In this document: positions 36,401 to 48,400 of the stretch, one piece after another | Position numbering within the stretch: position 1 is the stretch's first letter | Layout: each line of letters opens with the position of its first letter | Source: Octopus sinensis | Lineage: Eukaryota | NCBI RefSeq assembly: GCF_006345805.1 | Contig: NC_042998.1 | Span: 9,672,001-9,736,000 of the forward strand | Length of the DNA: 64,000 nucleotides | Reading direction: 5' to 3' | Translations under genes and position numbers: made by a program | Notes under the pieces: model-generated | Told to the model about the DNA's origin: nothing | The model's database searches: none | Seen by the model: only the letters and a program-made list of their open reading frames with translations

Positions 36401-39400
36401 GTACTAATGATTCTACCAGCTTGCCATCTTATAGCTTCTTAATATTGGTTTCATATTTTGGCACAAGGCCAGCAATTTCGGGAGAGGGGCTAAGTCAATT
36501 ATTATAGATCAACTCCAGTGCACAACTAGTACTTATTGATTCTGAAAGTATGAAGGGCAAAGTTGATCTCAGTGGAAATTGAACATAGAACATTAGGACA
36601 GATGAAATGTCATTAAGTATATCGTCCAGCATGCTAACGATTTTGCCAGCTTGTCACCTTTTGGCTAAACAAGCAAGGGAGACAACTCTGAGTTTGTTTG
36701 GTTATTAGACTTCATCAGTGGAACTTTAACCATTGCTTTTGCAACTAACTTATTATATTAAACGTTTCTGTAAAATATTCAGTGATGTTAGTAAATATGA
36801 TTTATTGATAATTTAATTATAATGAGGTGCTATCCATATATGTAAGTAATTAAAAATTATGTTTGACTATTACCAATATTTTCAACATTAAAAATAACCA
36901 TTAAATACAATGATTAGAAAAATATCAGTCATGTTTCCTGGCACTATCTAATTTTTTATTTTCTATGAATATTCTTTGTAGCAACTTAGATAATTCAGTT
37001 CAAGGTCATACTTCCATTGGCAAAGTTTAGTAACCAGAAAATTTTAGAATCTTATCCCTTGCTTGGCTGAAGATTAACATTAGTTAACCCCTAATTCCTC
37101 CTAACTGCATTTAACCCTACTGTGGCTATTTTTGATGAGGAAAACGCTGGAAATTATCAGCTCCAGGAGAGAAGTGTGTATGAATGGATGGTGGTACACT
37201 TGCACTTAGTGATTCTGAAAAGAAAAAGGCTTGGAAATGCCATTATGAAAGGCTCTGAAATGTGAAAAATGTATAGAAGAAGAGTCTCCTAAATGTTGAC
37301 CCAACAGAGGGACCAGCTATCCACATTGACAGCAGTGTGATAGAAAAAGCAATTGGAGACAGGGAAAGCTCTTTGTCCATCAAGAATGACCACTGAAATG
37401 CTTAAAATATCTGGTGGAGTGGTACATGGCCTAGTCACCCATATATATTAGTCAGGTATTATACCCAATGATTGGTGTAGTAGCATTGTAGTCAACTACG
37501 ACAAAGATAAGGAAGGTGCTGTAGACAGAAATAATTATAGAGGTACCAAATTATTGGACCAGGTTGTGAAAGTTTCAGAAAGGCTCATCTAATTAGAAAG
37601 AGAGAGCTAACCTAGATAAGATGCAGTTTGGTCTTGTGGCAGGGAAAAGCACTATTCATGCTGTCTTCTTAGTAAGGCAACTTAAGAAGCATTTACCCTT
37701 GGCATTTGTTGACATGAAGAAAGCCTTTGACAGGGCTTGGTTCTTAGATCCCTCTTATTTATTATAGTCCTCCAGGCTATAACAGAGGAGTTCAGGACTG
37801 GGTGCCCATGAAAGCTCTATGCTGATGGGTTTGTTCTTATAGCTGAATCTCTGCTAAGGTTAGAGAAGTAATTTCAGGTGTGTAAGCAAGGCTTGGACTC
37901 AAAGGGCCTTAGAGTTGACTTAGCAAAGACCAAAGTCTTAGTAAGCAAGAAAGCATACAAATTACTAATCCCTTCAGGAAAATACTCCTGCTCAATATGT
38001 AGAAATGGTTTAGGTAGAAATTCTATATGGTGTACCCAGTGCAAATTATGGACACCAAAGTGCAGCTGAATTACAGGAAGGTTAACGGGGAAAGTAGTCT
38101 TTGTGTGTGGCAGATGTGCATAAACAATAAACACTAAGAATACTCAGGAAATAAATTCCCTCAAACCCCCAGGTAGATCCTTAGAGGTAGTAAACATTTT
38201 TCTGTGCTTAGTTGTTATAATTAGCAGCAGAGGAGGATGCTCTGAAGGCACAGACACTAGAATCTGAACTGGCTGGGTTAAGTTCAGAGAGGTATTACTT
38301 TTGTAGGTAACAAGGGCCTTTCCCCCAGAGTGAAAGAGGGATTGTATGATGCTTGTGTATGAACAGAGGTGCTATCATCATCATCATCGTTTAAAGTCCG
38401 CTTTCCATGCTAGCATGGGTTGGACGATTTGACTGAGGACTGGCGAACCAGATGGCTGCACCAGGCTCCAATCTTGACCTGGCAGAGTTCTACAGCTGGA
38501 TGCCCTTCCTAATGCCAACCACTCCGAGAGTGTAGTGGGTGCTTTTACATGCCACTGGCACGGGGGCCAGGCAGGCGGTACTGGTTGTGAAATGTGGGCT
38601 GTGAATGCTCTAAAGAAGCTAGCATGCTCTGCTGGATGTACAGAGTCGGAGTGCATGAACAATAAAGTGTAAATGTGTTGAAAGAAAAACTAGGCATAAG
38701 TGGTATCAGATAAAGTGTGTAAGAGAGAAGACTGGGTTGGTTTGGTTATGAGATGTATATGGATGAGGACAGTTGCATAAATAAGTGAAGATTCCTAAAT
38801 GTGGATGGAACTTGTGGAAAAGAAAGACTTTCAGATGATGAGCTTCCCAGGGGAGATGGCAAAGAACAAAGATAATTGGTATCTTTCTGTGCTTGAGAAG
38901 ATTCATCCATCTTAGTAAAAATGAGACCCTAAACACATGTCTATGCTCCACTCCCCCATAACTCATTATACTCTAACCCCCACAACTCATCACCCTAACA
39001 GGTCTTCCTCCATTCTCCCATGTTCACCTCTCACTGCATTCCCCTCTCCTCTATCTTCCACTCTCCTTTTGCCCACTTGAAAACATACCTGTACACAATT
39101 TATCCCTGACGAATCTCTCTCTCTCTCTCTTCGTCTCTGTCTGTCTGTCTCTCTCTCTCTCTATCTCTCTCTCACACACACACAACCCATCTTCCTGACA
39201 CTCCTCTCTCCATCCATGTTCACTCACTGCATTCCCTTCCCCAGCATCTCTCACTTTCCATTGGCACTCTTGCAAACCTTCCTGCCCACTATCCAATCCT
39301 TTATACAACTTAGATACATCTATAACGTGAGGGTATCCGCCAAGGTTGACTTTACCTTTCATCCATTCGGGGTCGATTAAGTAAGTACCAGTTACGCACT

Positions 39401-42400
39401 GGGATCGATATAATCGACTTAATACCTATGTCTGTCCTTGTTTGTCCCCTCTATGTTTTGCCCCTTGTGGATAGTAAAGAAATAGGTATACTCCATCTTC
39501 CCTAGCTTCTCTCTCTCTCTCTCTCTCCTTTTCCAGCTGATGTAGCCACATATCTCTACTGCATGACACCTGTTTCTATCCCTCTGTTCATACTCTAACC
39601 TCTCTTCATCTGGCACAAAACCACCTCCCTCAATACTACTCCTCACTCAGCTGAGGGGTTTTGTCACGCAAGTTATTTCACTGGTGCTAGTGTCATGTAA
39701 AAAAAAACACCCAGAACACTCTGTAAAGTTGCTCTTGTTAAGAAGGGCATCTGGCCACACAAATCATGTCGTAGCAGACAGTAGAGCTTGGTATAGTTTT
39801 CTGGCTCACCAACTTCTGCCAAACCATCCAACCCTCCAGCCTATGCTGGCATGGAAATCCAATATTAAATTATAATGATCATCATTTTTTATTACTTACA
39901 TGGCACGTAAAAAGCACCATCCGATCATGGCTGTTGCCAGCCTGGCCTGGCCTCCATGCCGGTGGCACGTAAAAAGCACCATCCGATCGTGGCCATTTGC
40001 CAGCCTTGTTTGGCACCTGTGCCGGTGGCACGTAAAAAGCACCCACTACACTCACAGAGTAGTTGGCGTTAGGAAGGGCATCCAGCCATAGAAACATTGC
40101 CAGATCAGACTGGGCCTGGTGCAGCCTTCTGGCTTCCCAGACCCCAGTTGAACCGTCCAACCCATGCCAGCATGGAAAGCAGACGCTAAACGATGATGAT
40201 GATATGCACTCTGTTGCAACCATTTCCATTAAGGGTATGTTTCATGGCTGTTGCACGGCTCATGATGCTCTCAATGTTTTGCCAAAATACATCAAGCATG
40301 CTTGTAAAAATGAGTTTAAGACAATGACAATCACATCATGGCAGTAGATATTATAATTTCCTCATGGTCTGGCACGTAAAAAGCACCAACCGATCGTGGC
40401 CATATCCAGCCTCGTTTGGCACCTCTGCTGGTGGCACGTAAAAAGCACCCACTACACTCATGGAGTGGTTGGCGCCAGGAAGGGCATCCAGCTGTAGAAA
40501 CCTTGCCAGATCAACTTGGAGCCTGGTGCAGCCTCCTGGCTTCCCAGACCCCGGTCAAACCGTCCAACCATGCTAGCATGGAAAACGGACGTTAAGTGAT
40601 GATGATGATGATGGTCTATAATTAATTTTTTAAATATAATTACTTTGTTCACATAAGCTTTGATAAATTATAACTTTCATCTTCATATTTCATTTAATGT
40701 AGTTCTGTTCGGATTATAGTAGTCATTCTTTGCAGTATTTCATTTTCTCTATCCGTATTAATCCGTTATATAAAATTTACTTCTTTAGCCAAACCTACAG
40801 TTAGAGGTCAGTTGGTTACACAAAGTATTGCTGCCCCTGGTCTTCCCAATGTCGTTGGCAATAATGGTTTTTCTGTCAAGAGAATTCAAGGGGTAAGTAT
40901 TTAAATCTTTTACTGTGAAAAGCAGATACATCCATTCAGAATTTCATTACCCTGCAGAAAGCAGTTTTATATACCTCTCTTTTATTGAGGAATGTTATGT
41001 TTAAAACTATTTTCTATTGAAATATGTCAAGTTTATTGAGTTAGCAAGACTTAGAGAACATATCAATTCTATTTTTTGATAGATGTTTAGCAGCATTACT
41101 GGAATAACCATGAAATTTAATTTCACAGTTAAATGGTAAAAATAATATGATCTTTTCTGCTAATGGTACCTTTTACTCTTAATCTAAAAAATATTGGTAT
41201 TAAGAAGGGCATCCAGCTGTAGCAATAACCATTTTAGCCATTTTGAAATATGGCGCGAATTGGCAATATGACGTAATGTCTTTGCCGAAAAATTATCATT
41301 TTCGTTTTTTGCCATTGGTTAATATAACTGCTCATATAAAGATTCTAAAAGTTTCGTAAAGAATATTTGTCCTGAATTTCAATTCTTTTTAGTCAAGTTG
41401 AGCAGTTATAAAAACCCTGGATTTGGGGAAAAACTTGAGCGTTTGTTGGATGTCACTTAACTCCACGACTAAAACAAAAACCACCATACAGCTATGAAAC
41501 CATGCCAAAGCAGACATTGGAGGTCAGTGTAGTTCCTTTCAAACCGTCTAACCCATGCCAGCATGGAACATAGCCATTGAATGGTGATGATAATGATTTA
41601 AAGCTAATACTAGGCTTCTCTCTGCCATCTTCATCATCATCATTATTTGGCATCCATTTTCCATGCTGGTATGGGTTGGATGGCTTGACAGGAACTGGCA
41701 AGGCCAGGGGCCTGCACAAGGTTCCATAGCCTGTTTTGGCTTGGTCGCTACAGCTGGATGTCCTTCCTAATGCCAACCACTTTACAGAGTGTACTGGGTG
41801 CTTTTTATGTGGCACCATCACCTATATTAGAAAGAATTATAGATGCAGTAATAACTTTGTAATAAATTGTTATAATGTCAAAGAAATACTGTTTTACATG
41901 TTTTGCAGCAAAAAATTGATATTTGCTACAGTGATGAATGCTCAAGTCAACCTTCTAATTTCATGACATTCCTAAGTCCTTTGAAGAGTTTTCCTGCTAT
42001 CCATGATCCAAACAAATCTGTAAGAAACTCATTTTTCTTCTCCCCACCCTCGGTTTTTCCTTTTTTTTTTTTTACTGCTGTTGACTATTGATGCTTTATA
42101 TAATATTGGATTGAACATTTATTTGACCATTTCAAATAACGTGGTGGTGGAACAGTGTTGTAGACAGGTCTATTAGAGAAAAGAGACAGACTTGGAAGCA
42201 CTGGAAGAATGGTGGTAGCAGGGAATTGTATCAGACTGCTAAAAGGGAAGCTAGGAGACAGGTCTATCTAGCCAGAGGGGAAGCAGATAAGAAAAAATTT
42301 GCCAATGTTCTGTGCCGTGAGGACCAAAGACTGGAGGTGTTTCGCATTGCAAGACAGTGTGTGAGAGAGAATTGTGATGTGGTAGGAGAGAAGTGTGTTC

Positions 42401-45400
42401 GCATGGAAGATGGTTCACTTGCGCTAAACGAGGATGCAAAGAGAGAGGCTTGGAGACACCACTATGAAAGGTTGCTGAATAAAGAAAATGAATGGGATAA
42501 AGAGAGTCTGCCGAATGTTGACCCAACAGAGGGACCAGCTATCAGGGTTGATAGTTCCTTGGTAGTTAAGGCAATTAGAAGCATGAAGACAGGGAAAGCC
42601 CCAGGCCCATCAGGTATCACTGCAGAGATGCTCAAAATATCTGGTAGTGTCGGCTATAGCCTAGTCACCCGTATAGTTAACCAGGTGATACATGAAGGAG
42701 TCATACCCAATGACTGGTGTAGCAGCATAATAGTCAACTGCTACAAAGGTAAAGGTGATGCCCTAGATACAAATAATTACAGAGGTATCAAGCTGTTGGA
42801 TCAGGTGATGAAGGTTACAGAGAGGGTCATAAGCCAACTAATTAGAGAGAGAGTTAGTTTAGATGAGATGCAGTTTGGGTTTGTGCCAGGGAAAAGTACC
42901 ACTGATGCTATATTCCTGGTAAGGCAGCTGCAGGAGAAATACCTAGCCAAAGATAAGCCCCTGTACCTGGCTTTTGTTGACATGGAGAAAGCCTTCGACA
43001 GGTTCCCCCGATCCCTCATCTGGTGGTCAATGAGGAAACTAGGGATAGATGAATGGTTAGTGAGAGCTGTGCAAGCCATGTACAGGGATGCTGCTAGTAA
43101 GGTGAGGGTTGGCAACAAGTACAGTGAAGAATTCCGGGTAGAGGTAGGGGTCCACCAAGGCTCAGTCCTCAGCCCCCTCCTATTTATCATAGTCCTCCAG
43201 GCAATAACGGAGGAATTCAAGACAGGATGCCCCTGGGAGCTCCTCTATGCTGATGACCTTGCTCTAATTGCTGAGTTACTATCAGAACTGGAGGAGAAGT
43301 TTCAGGTGTGGAAGCAAGGTTTAGAATCGAAGGGCCTTAGAGTCAATCTAGTTAAAACCAAAGTCGTAATAAGTAGGAAGGTAGACAAATCACAAACGCC
43401 TTCAGGTAGATGGCCCTGCTCGATCTGTAGAAAAGGTGTAGGTAGAAACTCTATAAGATGCACCAAGTGTAAGCTATGGACACATAAGAGGTGCAGCAAT
43501 GTCAAAGGAAGGCTAACTAGGAAGATGGTTTTTGTATGTGGCAGATGCTCGGGAGCATTAACATCTGAAAGTCTGCAGAAAACAACTTCCGTCACTTTCC
43601 AGGGGGTAAAACTAGAAGTAGTTGATAGCTTCCGTTATCTTGGTGACCAAGTCAGTAGTGGGGGTGGGTGTGCTGAAAGTGTAACGGCTAGAGTAAGGAT
43701 AGCCTGGGCAAAGTTTAGGGAGCTCTTACCTCTGCTGGTGACAAAAGGCCTCTCGCTCAGAGTAAAAGGCAGACTGTATGATGCATGTGTACGTACAGCC
43801 ATGCTACATGGTAGTGAAACATGGGCTGTGACTGCTGAGGATATGCGTAAGCTCGCAAGAAATGAAGCCAGTATGCTCTGATGGATGTGTAATGTCAGTG
43901 TTCATAATCGACAGAGTGTAAGTACCTTGAGAGAAAAGTTGAACCTAAGAAGCATCAGTTGTGGTGTGCAAGAGAGACATCTGCGCTGGTATGGGCATGT
44001 GACGAGAATGGGTGAAGATAGTTGTGTGCAAAAGTGCCACACCCTAGCAGTTGAGGGAACCTGTGGAAGAGGTAGACCCAGGAAAACCTGGGACGAGGTG
44101 GTGAAGCACGACCTTCGAACTTTAGGTCTCACCAAGGAAATGACTAGAGACCGAGACCTATGGAAGTATGCTGTGCATGAGAAGACCCGGCAAGACCAGT
44201 GAGAACAGTCAAAATCAAACCAAATCAACATCAGTGGAAATTGCAGCTGTGGTTAAGCAAACCATCCGATCGTTTGTCCATTGCCAGCTTCGCCTGGCCC
44301 CCGTGCCATTGGCACATAAAGCTCCATCCGCTCGTGTCCGTTGCCAGCCTCGCCTGGCCCCCATGCTGGTAGCACGTAGAAGCACCATCCGTTTGTGTCC
44401 ATTGCCAGCCCCGCCTGGCCCCCGTGCCATTGGCACGTAAAAGCACCATCCGCTTGTGTCCGTTGCCAGCCTCGCCTGGCCCTGTGCCGGTAGCACGTAA
44501 AAGTACCATCCGTTCGTGTCCGTTGCCAGCCTCGCCTGGCCCCCGTGCCGTTGGCACATAAAAGCACCATCCGCTCGTGTCCGTTGCCTGCCTCGCCTGG
44601 CCCCCGTGCCTGTAGCACGTAAAAGCACCATCTGCTCGTGTCCGTTGCCAGCCTCGCCTGGCCCCCGTGCCGGTAGCACGTAAAAGCACCATCCGTTCGT
44701 GTCCGTTGCCAGCCTCGCCTGGCCCCCGTGCCGTTGGCACGTAAAAGTACCATCCGCTCGTGTCCGTTGCCAGCCTCGCCTGGCCCCCGTGCCGGTGGCA
44801 CGAAAAAACACCATCCGCTCGTGGCCGTTTGCCAGCTCTGTCTGGCACCTGTGCAGATGGCACGTAAAAAGCACCTACTACACTCACGGAGTGGTTGGCG
44901 TTAGGAATGGCATCCAGCTGTAGAAACACTGCCAAATCTGACTGGGCCTGATGAAGCCTTCTGGCTTCACAGACCCCAGTTAAACCGTCCAACCCATGCT
45001 AGCATGGAAAACGGACGCTAAATGATGATGATGATGATGATTTCAGTGGTAATTCTTGATGGACAAAGAGCTTTCCCTGTCTCCATATCCTTAATTGCTT
45101 TTTCTATCACACTGCTGTCAATGTGGATAGCTGGTCCCTCTGTTGGGTCAACATTTAGGAGACTCTTCTTCTATACATTTTTCACATTTCAGAGCCTTTC
45201 ATAATGGCATTTCCAAGCCTTTTTCTTTTCAGAATCACTAAGTGCAAGTGTACCACCATCCATTCATACACACTTCTCTCCTGGAGCTGATAATTTCCAG
45301 CGTTTTCCTCATCAAAAATAGTCACAGTAGGGTTATTTCAGTAATATATCTTTCCTATGTCCTCAAATATGCTTAATTTATGGTTGCTTTGCTGATTTTA

Positions 45401-48400
45401 TGTGACTTCTTCATAGCTAAGGAGGTAGTTTTGCAGTTTCTCTATATAAGGAGTCAAAGAAATAGTCTTATCCCTTCCATTTATAGCTGTGAAAGAAGTT
45501 TTACTACTTCCCTATGTAGCTAAGGCAGTATTTTAAATACTTCCCTATATAGCTAAGTGGAGGTGCGTAGCTCAGTGGTTAGGATGTTGGACTCATGATC
45601 ATAAGATTGTAGTTTCAATTCCTGGACCAGGCGATGCATTGTGTTCTTGAGCAAAACACTTCATTTCATGTTTGCTCCAGTCCACTCAGCTGGCAAAAAT
45701 GAGTATTCCTGCAACGGACTGGTGTCTCATCCAATGGAGAGTATATACACCAGAGAATCCGGGAAACTGGCCTAATGAGCCTACAGCTTGAGATTGCCCT
45801 TTGATCTTTTTTCTTTTATAGAAATCAGAACCAAAATTGAAGTCGATCAACATCAATGGAAATTGCAGCTGCGATACCAGTGCCAGTGACACGTAAGCGA
45901 ACCATCCGATCATGGCCGTGGCCAGCGCCGCCCCGAGTGGCATCCGTGCCGGTGGCACGTAAAAAAAGCACCATCCAATCGTGGCTGTTGCCAGCCTCGC
46001 CTGGCCCCGTGCCAGTTGCACGTAAAAAGCACCTTCCGTCTGTGGCCGTTTGCCAGCCCTGTCTGGCACCTGTGCAGGTGGCACGTAAAAAGCACCCACT
46101 ACACTCACGGAGTGGTTGGCATTAGGAAGGGCATCCAGCCGTAGAAACACTGCCAGCTCAGACTGGGCCTGGTGCAGCCTTCTGGCTTCCCAGACCCCAG
46201 TTGAACCGTCCAACCCATGCTAGCATGGAAAACGGACGTTAAACGATGATGATGATGATGATGATGATGATGATAGCTAAGAAGGTAGATTTACTATTCC
46301 CCTATATAAATAAAAAAGGGATTTTCCACCTCTTCCCTATCTTAACTTTTTTTACATGTAAGATTTGATCATTGATTTCAACTCAACAAATTCAAATGAT
46401 TTTTAATGTAATTATTTCACCTTGTTTCAAATAAAGCTTCCATCTTTCATTTTCATTTTTCTAATATATTTCCAGTTGTTAGGTCTAGATGTAAGCACTG
46501 GTGGTCTGGGAGTTTCTTCCTCTACAGATGGAACTTTGAAAGTATGGCAGACAGACACGGGAGAAGTCAGAGTAAGTTTTCAATAAACAAACTTAAAATT
46601 GATTTTTAAATATTTCATTTATTTATTTAATTCATTTTAAAATTCCTTTATTTTTGACTAAAAATTCAGTTCATTGAAAGAGTTACAAAGTTAAAGCCAT
46701 ATTGAATTTAGACCTTTTTTCATTAATTTTTTATGAATTTGTTATTCAGATAGTTTTCATTATTGCTTGGCTACGTGGATAAAATGTTTGCTTCTCAACC
46801 ATGTGGTTTTAGGGTCAGTCCTACTGTGTGGTACCTTGAGGATGTATCTTCTATAGCCTCCAGCCAACTGAAAGTGTGTGTGGATTTGATAGATGAAAAC
46901 TATATAGAAACCTGCTGCATGTATGTCTGAACAGAAATAACCTGGAGCTATACAATATCATTCACCATATGGTCTGGTTCTTCATGTAGTGTGATGGCTT
47001 GTATGGATCAGTGACCCTGAGAACTTTGCCAGTAGATAAGCATTTTTTTTTGTGCTTGAAGTCTGTCACATGTCATCAGAAATTCTCTGAAGTTACACTG
47101 CCAGTATGTGTATTACAGGCTCATTATCACTCACATAAATGTTCCTTCAATTAGCTCAGATCTACAATAGCTACAACATGAATAAGCTGAGATTTTTTTG
47201 CAGTAATTATTTTTTTTTACATTTTAATTATAAATCTGAAATCCATTGATTTAATTGTAGCGCAACTTAACGGGCCACTCTGGTGAGGTCAACACATGTC
47301 GTATATTCCCATCGGGGATTGTTGTTTTGAGTGGCAGTGCAGATATGCAACTGAAAGTTTGGGCTGCTGACACTGGCATATGTGCTGCAACCTTTGTTGG
47401 TCATAAGTCAGGTAAAAAAAAAGACCCTTTAAGTTTTTCTTTTAAAACATTTTTTTTATTTCTCTCTTCTCTTCAAATATATATAAAAAAAATTTAATAG
47501 GTGCAGGAGTGGCTATGTGGTAAGTAGCTTGTATACCAGCCACATGGTTCCAGGTTCAGTCCCACTGTGTGGCACCTTGGACAAGTTTCTTCAACTATAG
47601 CCTCGGGCAGACCAAAGCCTTGTGAGTGGATTTGGTAGACGGAAACTGAAAGAAGCCCGTCGTATATATATATATGCTTGTGTGTGTATGTGTGTGTGTG
47701 TGTGTCCAACATCGCTTGACAACCAATGCTTGTGTGTTTACGTCCCCGTAACTTAGCGGTTCGGCAAAAGGGACCAATAGAATAGGTACTAGGCTTACAA
47801 AGAATAAGTCCTGGGAGTTGATTTGCTCGACTAAAGGCAGTGCTCCAGGATGGCTGCAGTCACAATGACTGAAACAAGTAAAAGATTAAAGAGTAATAAC
47901 AAAAATTCTTTCTAATTCTTGCACAATGCCAGCAATTTGGAGGAGAGTAGGGAAGACACTTACTCTAACCCCAGTGCTGAACTGATATTTAATCAACCCT
48001 GAAAGGATGAAAGGCAAAAGTTGACCTTGGCAAAATTTGAACTCAAAACATAAAGACAGACAAAATGCTGCTAAGAATTTTCCCCAGTGTGCTAATGATT
48101 CTGCCAGCACACCCTCTTATTATTACTGAGTGAGAGAGTAGTGTATGCCATCAAATTGACACTAGGGTACAATTATACGAAGCCCAATATACCCATCATT
48201 ACTACCCTTCTGATAAGGGTACACCAGGCATGTGCATCACAACCACATGTGTGTGACATGGTGATCTTATATCAAGATAAACAGTGCATGACCTTGCAGG
48301 TGGGGCCCAGTTAGAATTTCCTTCAGGTTGAATAGCCCACCCCACTCAAAAGGTCCCTGAATAAGGTTTGTTTAAGGATGTTGAACGAAACACCCATGTT

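Larger units (their letters stand above)
42135..45039 (+). mobile_element. young 5'-truncated RTE-clade LINE in PAAF1 intron 4
   Basis: frame open from WWWN (42142) through RT motifs QFGF..G.ST.DAIF, FVDMEKAFD, GVHQGSVLSPLLF, LYADDL, FRYLG to 44202, with one stop at 43879; then 3'UTR with 61-bp repeats, (GAT)n tail and candidate TSD ATTTCA (42129-42134 / 45040-45045); endonuclease domain missing. Confidence 0.95.

Noticed and set aside
36982-37030. Possible extra PAAF1 exon after ttctttgtag
   Set aside because: Stop codons in the required phase; exon 2 joins exon 3 cleanly without it
44263-44875. CRISPR-like regular array
   Set aside because: Units are whole tandem duplicates with no unique spacers; they are part of a LINE 3'UTR in a eukaryotic intron with no cas genes
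44948-44975. Hammerhead ribozyme core (CTGATGA + stem)
   Set aside because: No GAAA after the stem, and most copies read CTGGTGC; it is a simple hairpin
44215-44992. Three overlapping long minus-strand ORFs (182-253 aa) and the recurrent MDGSTGVWEARRLHQAQ... ORFs in other copies
   Set aside because: Antisense of a GC-rich repeat whose 61-bp unit lacks stops in all frames; starts are mostly non-ATG and frames differ between copies
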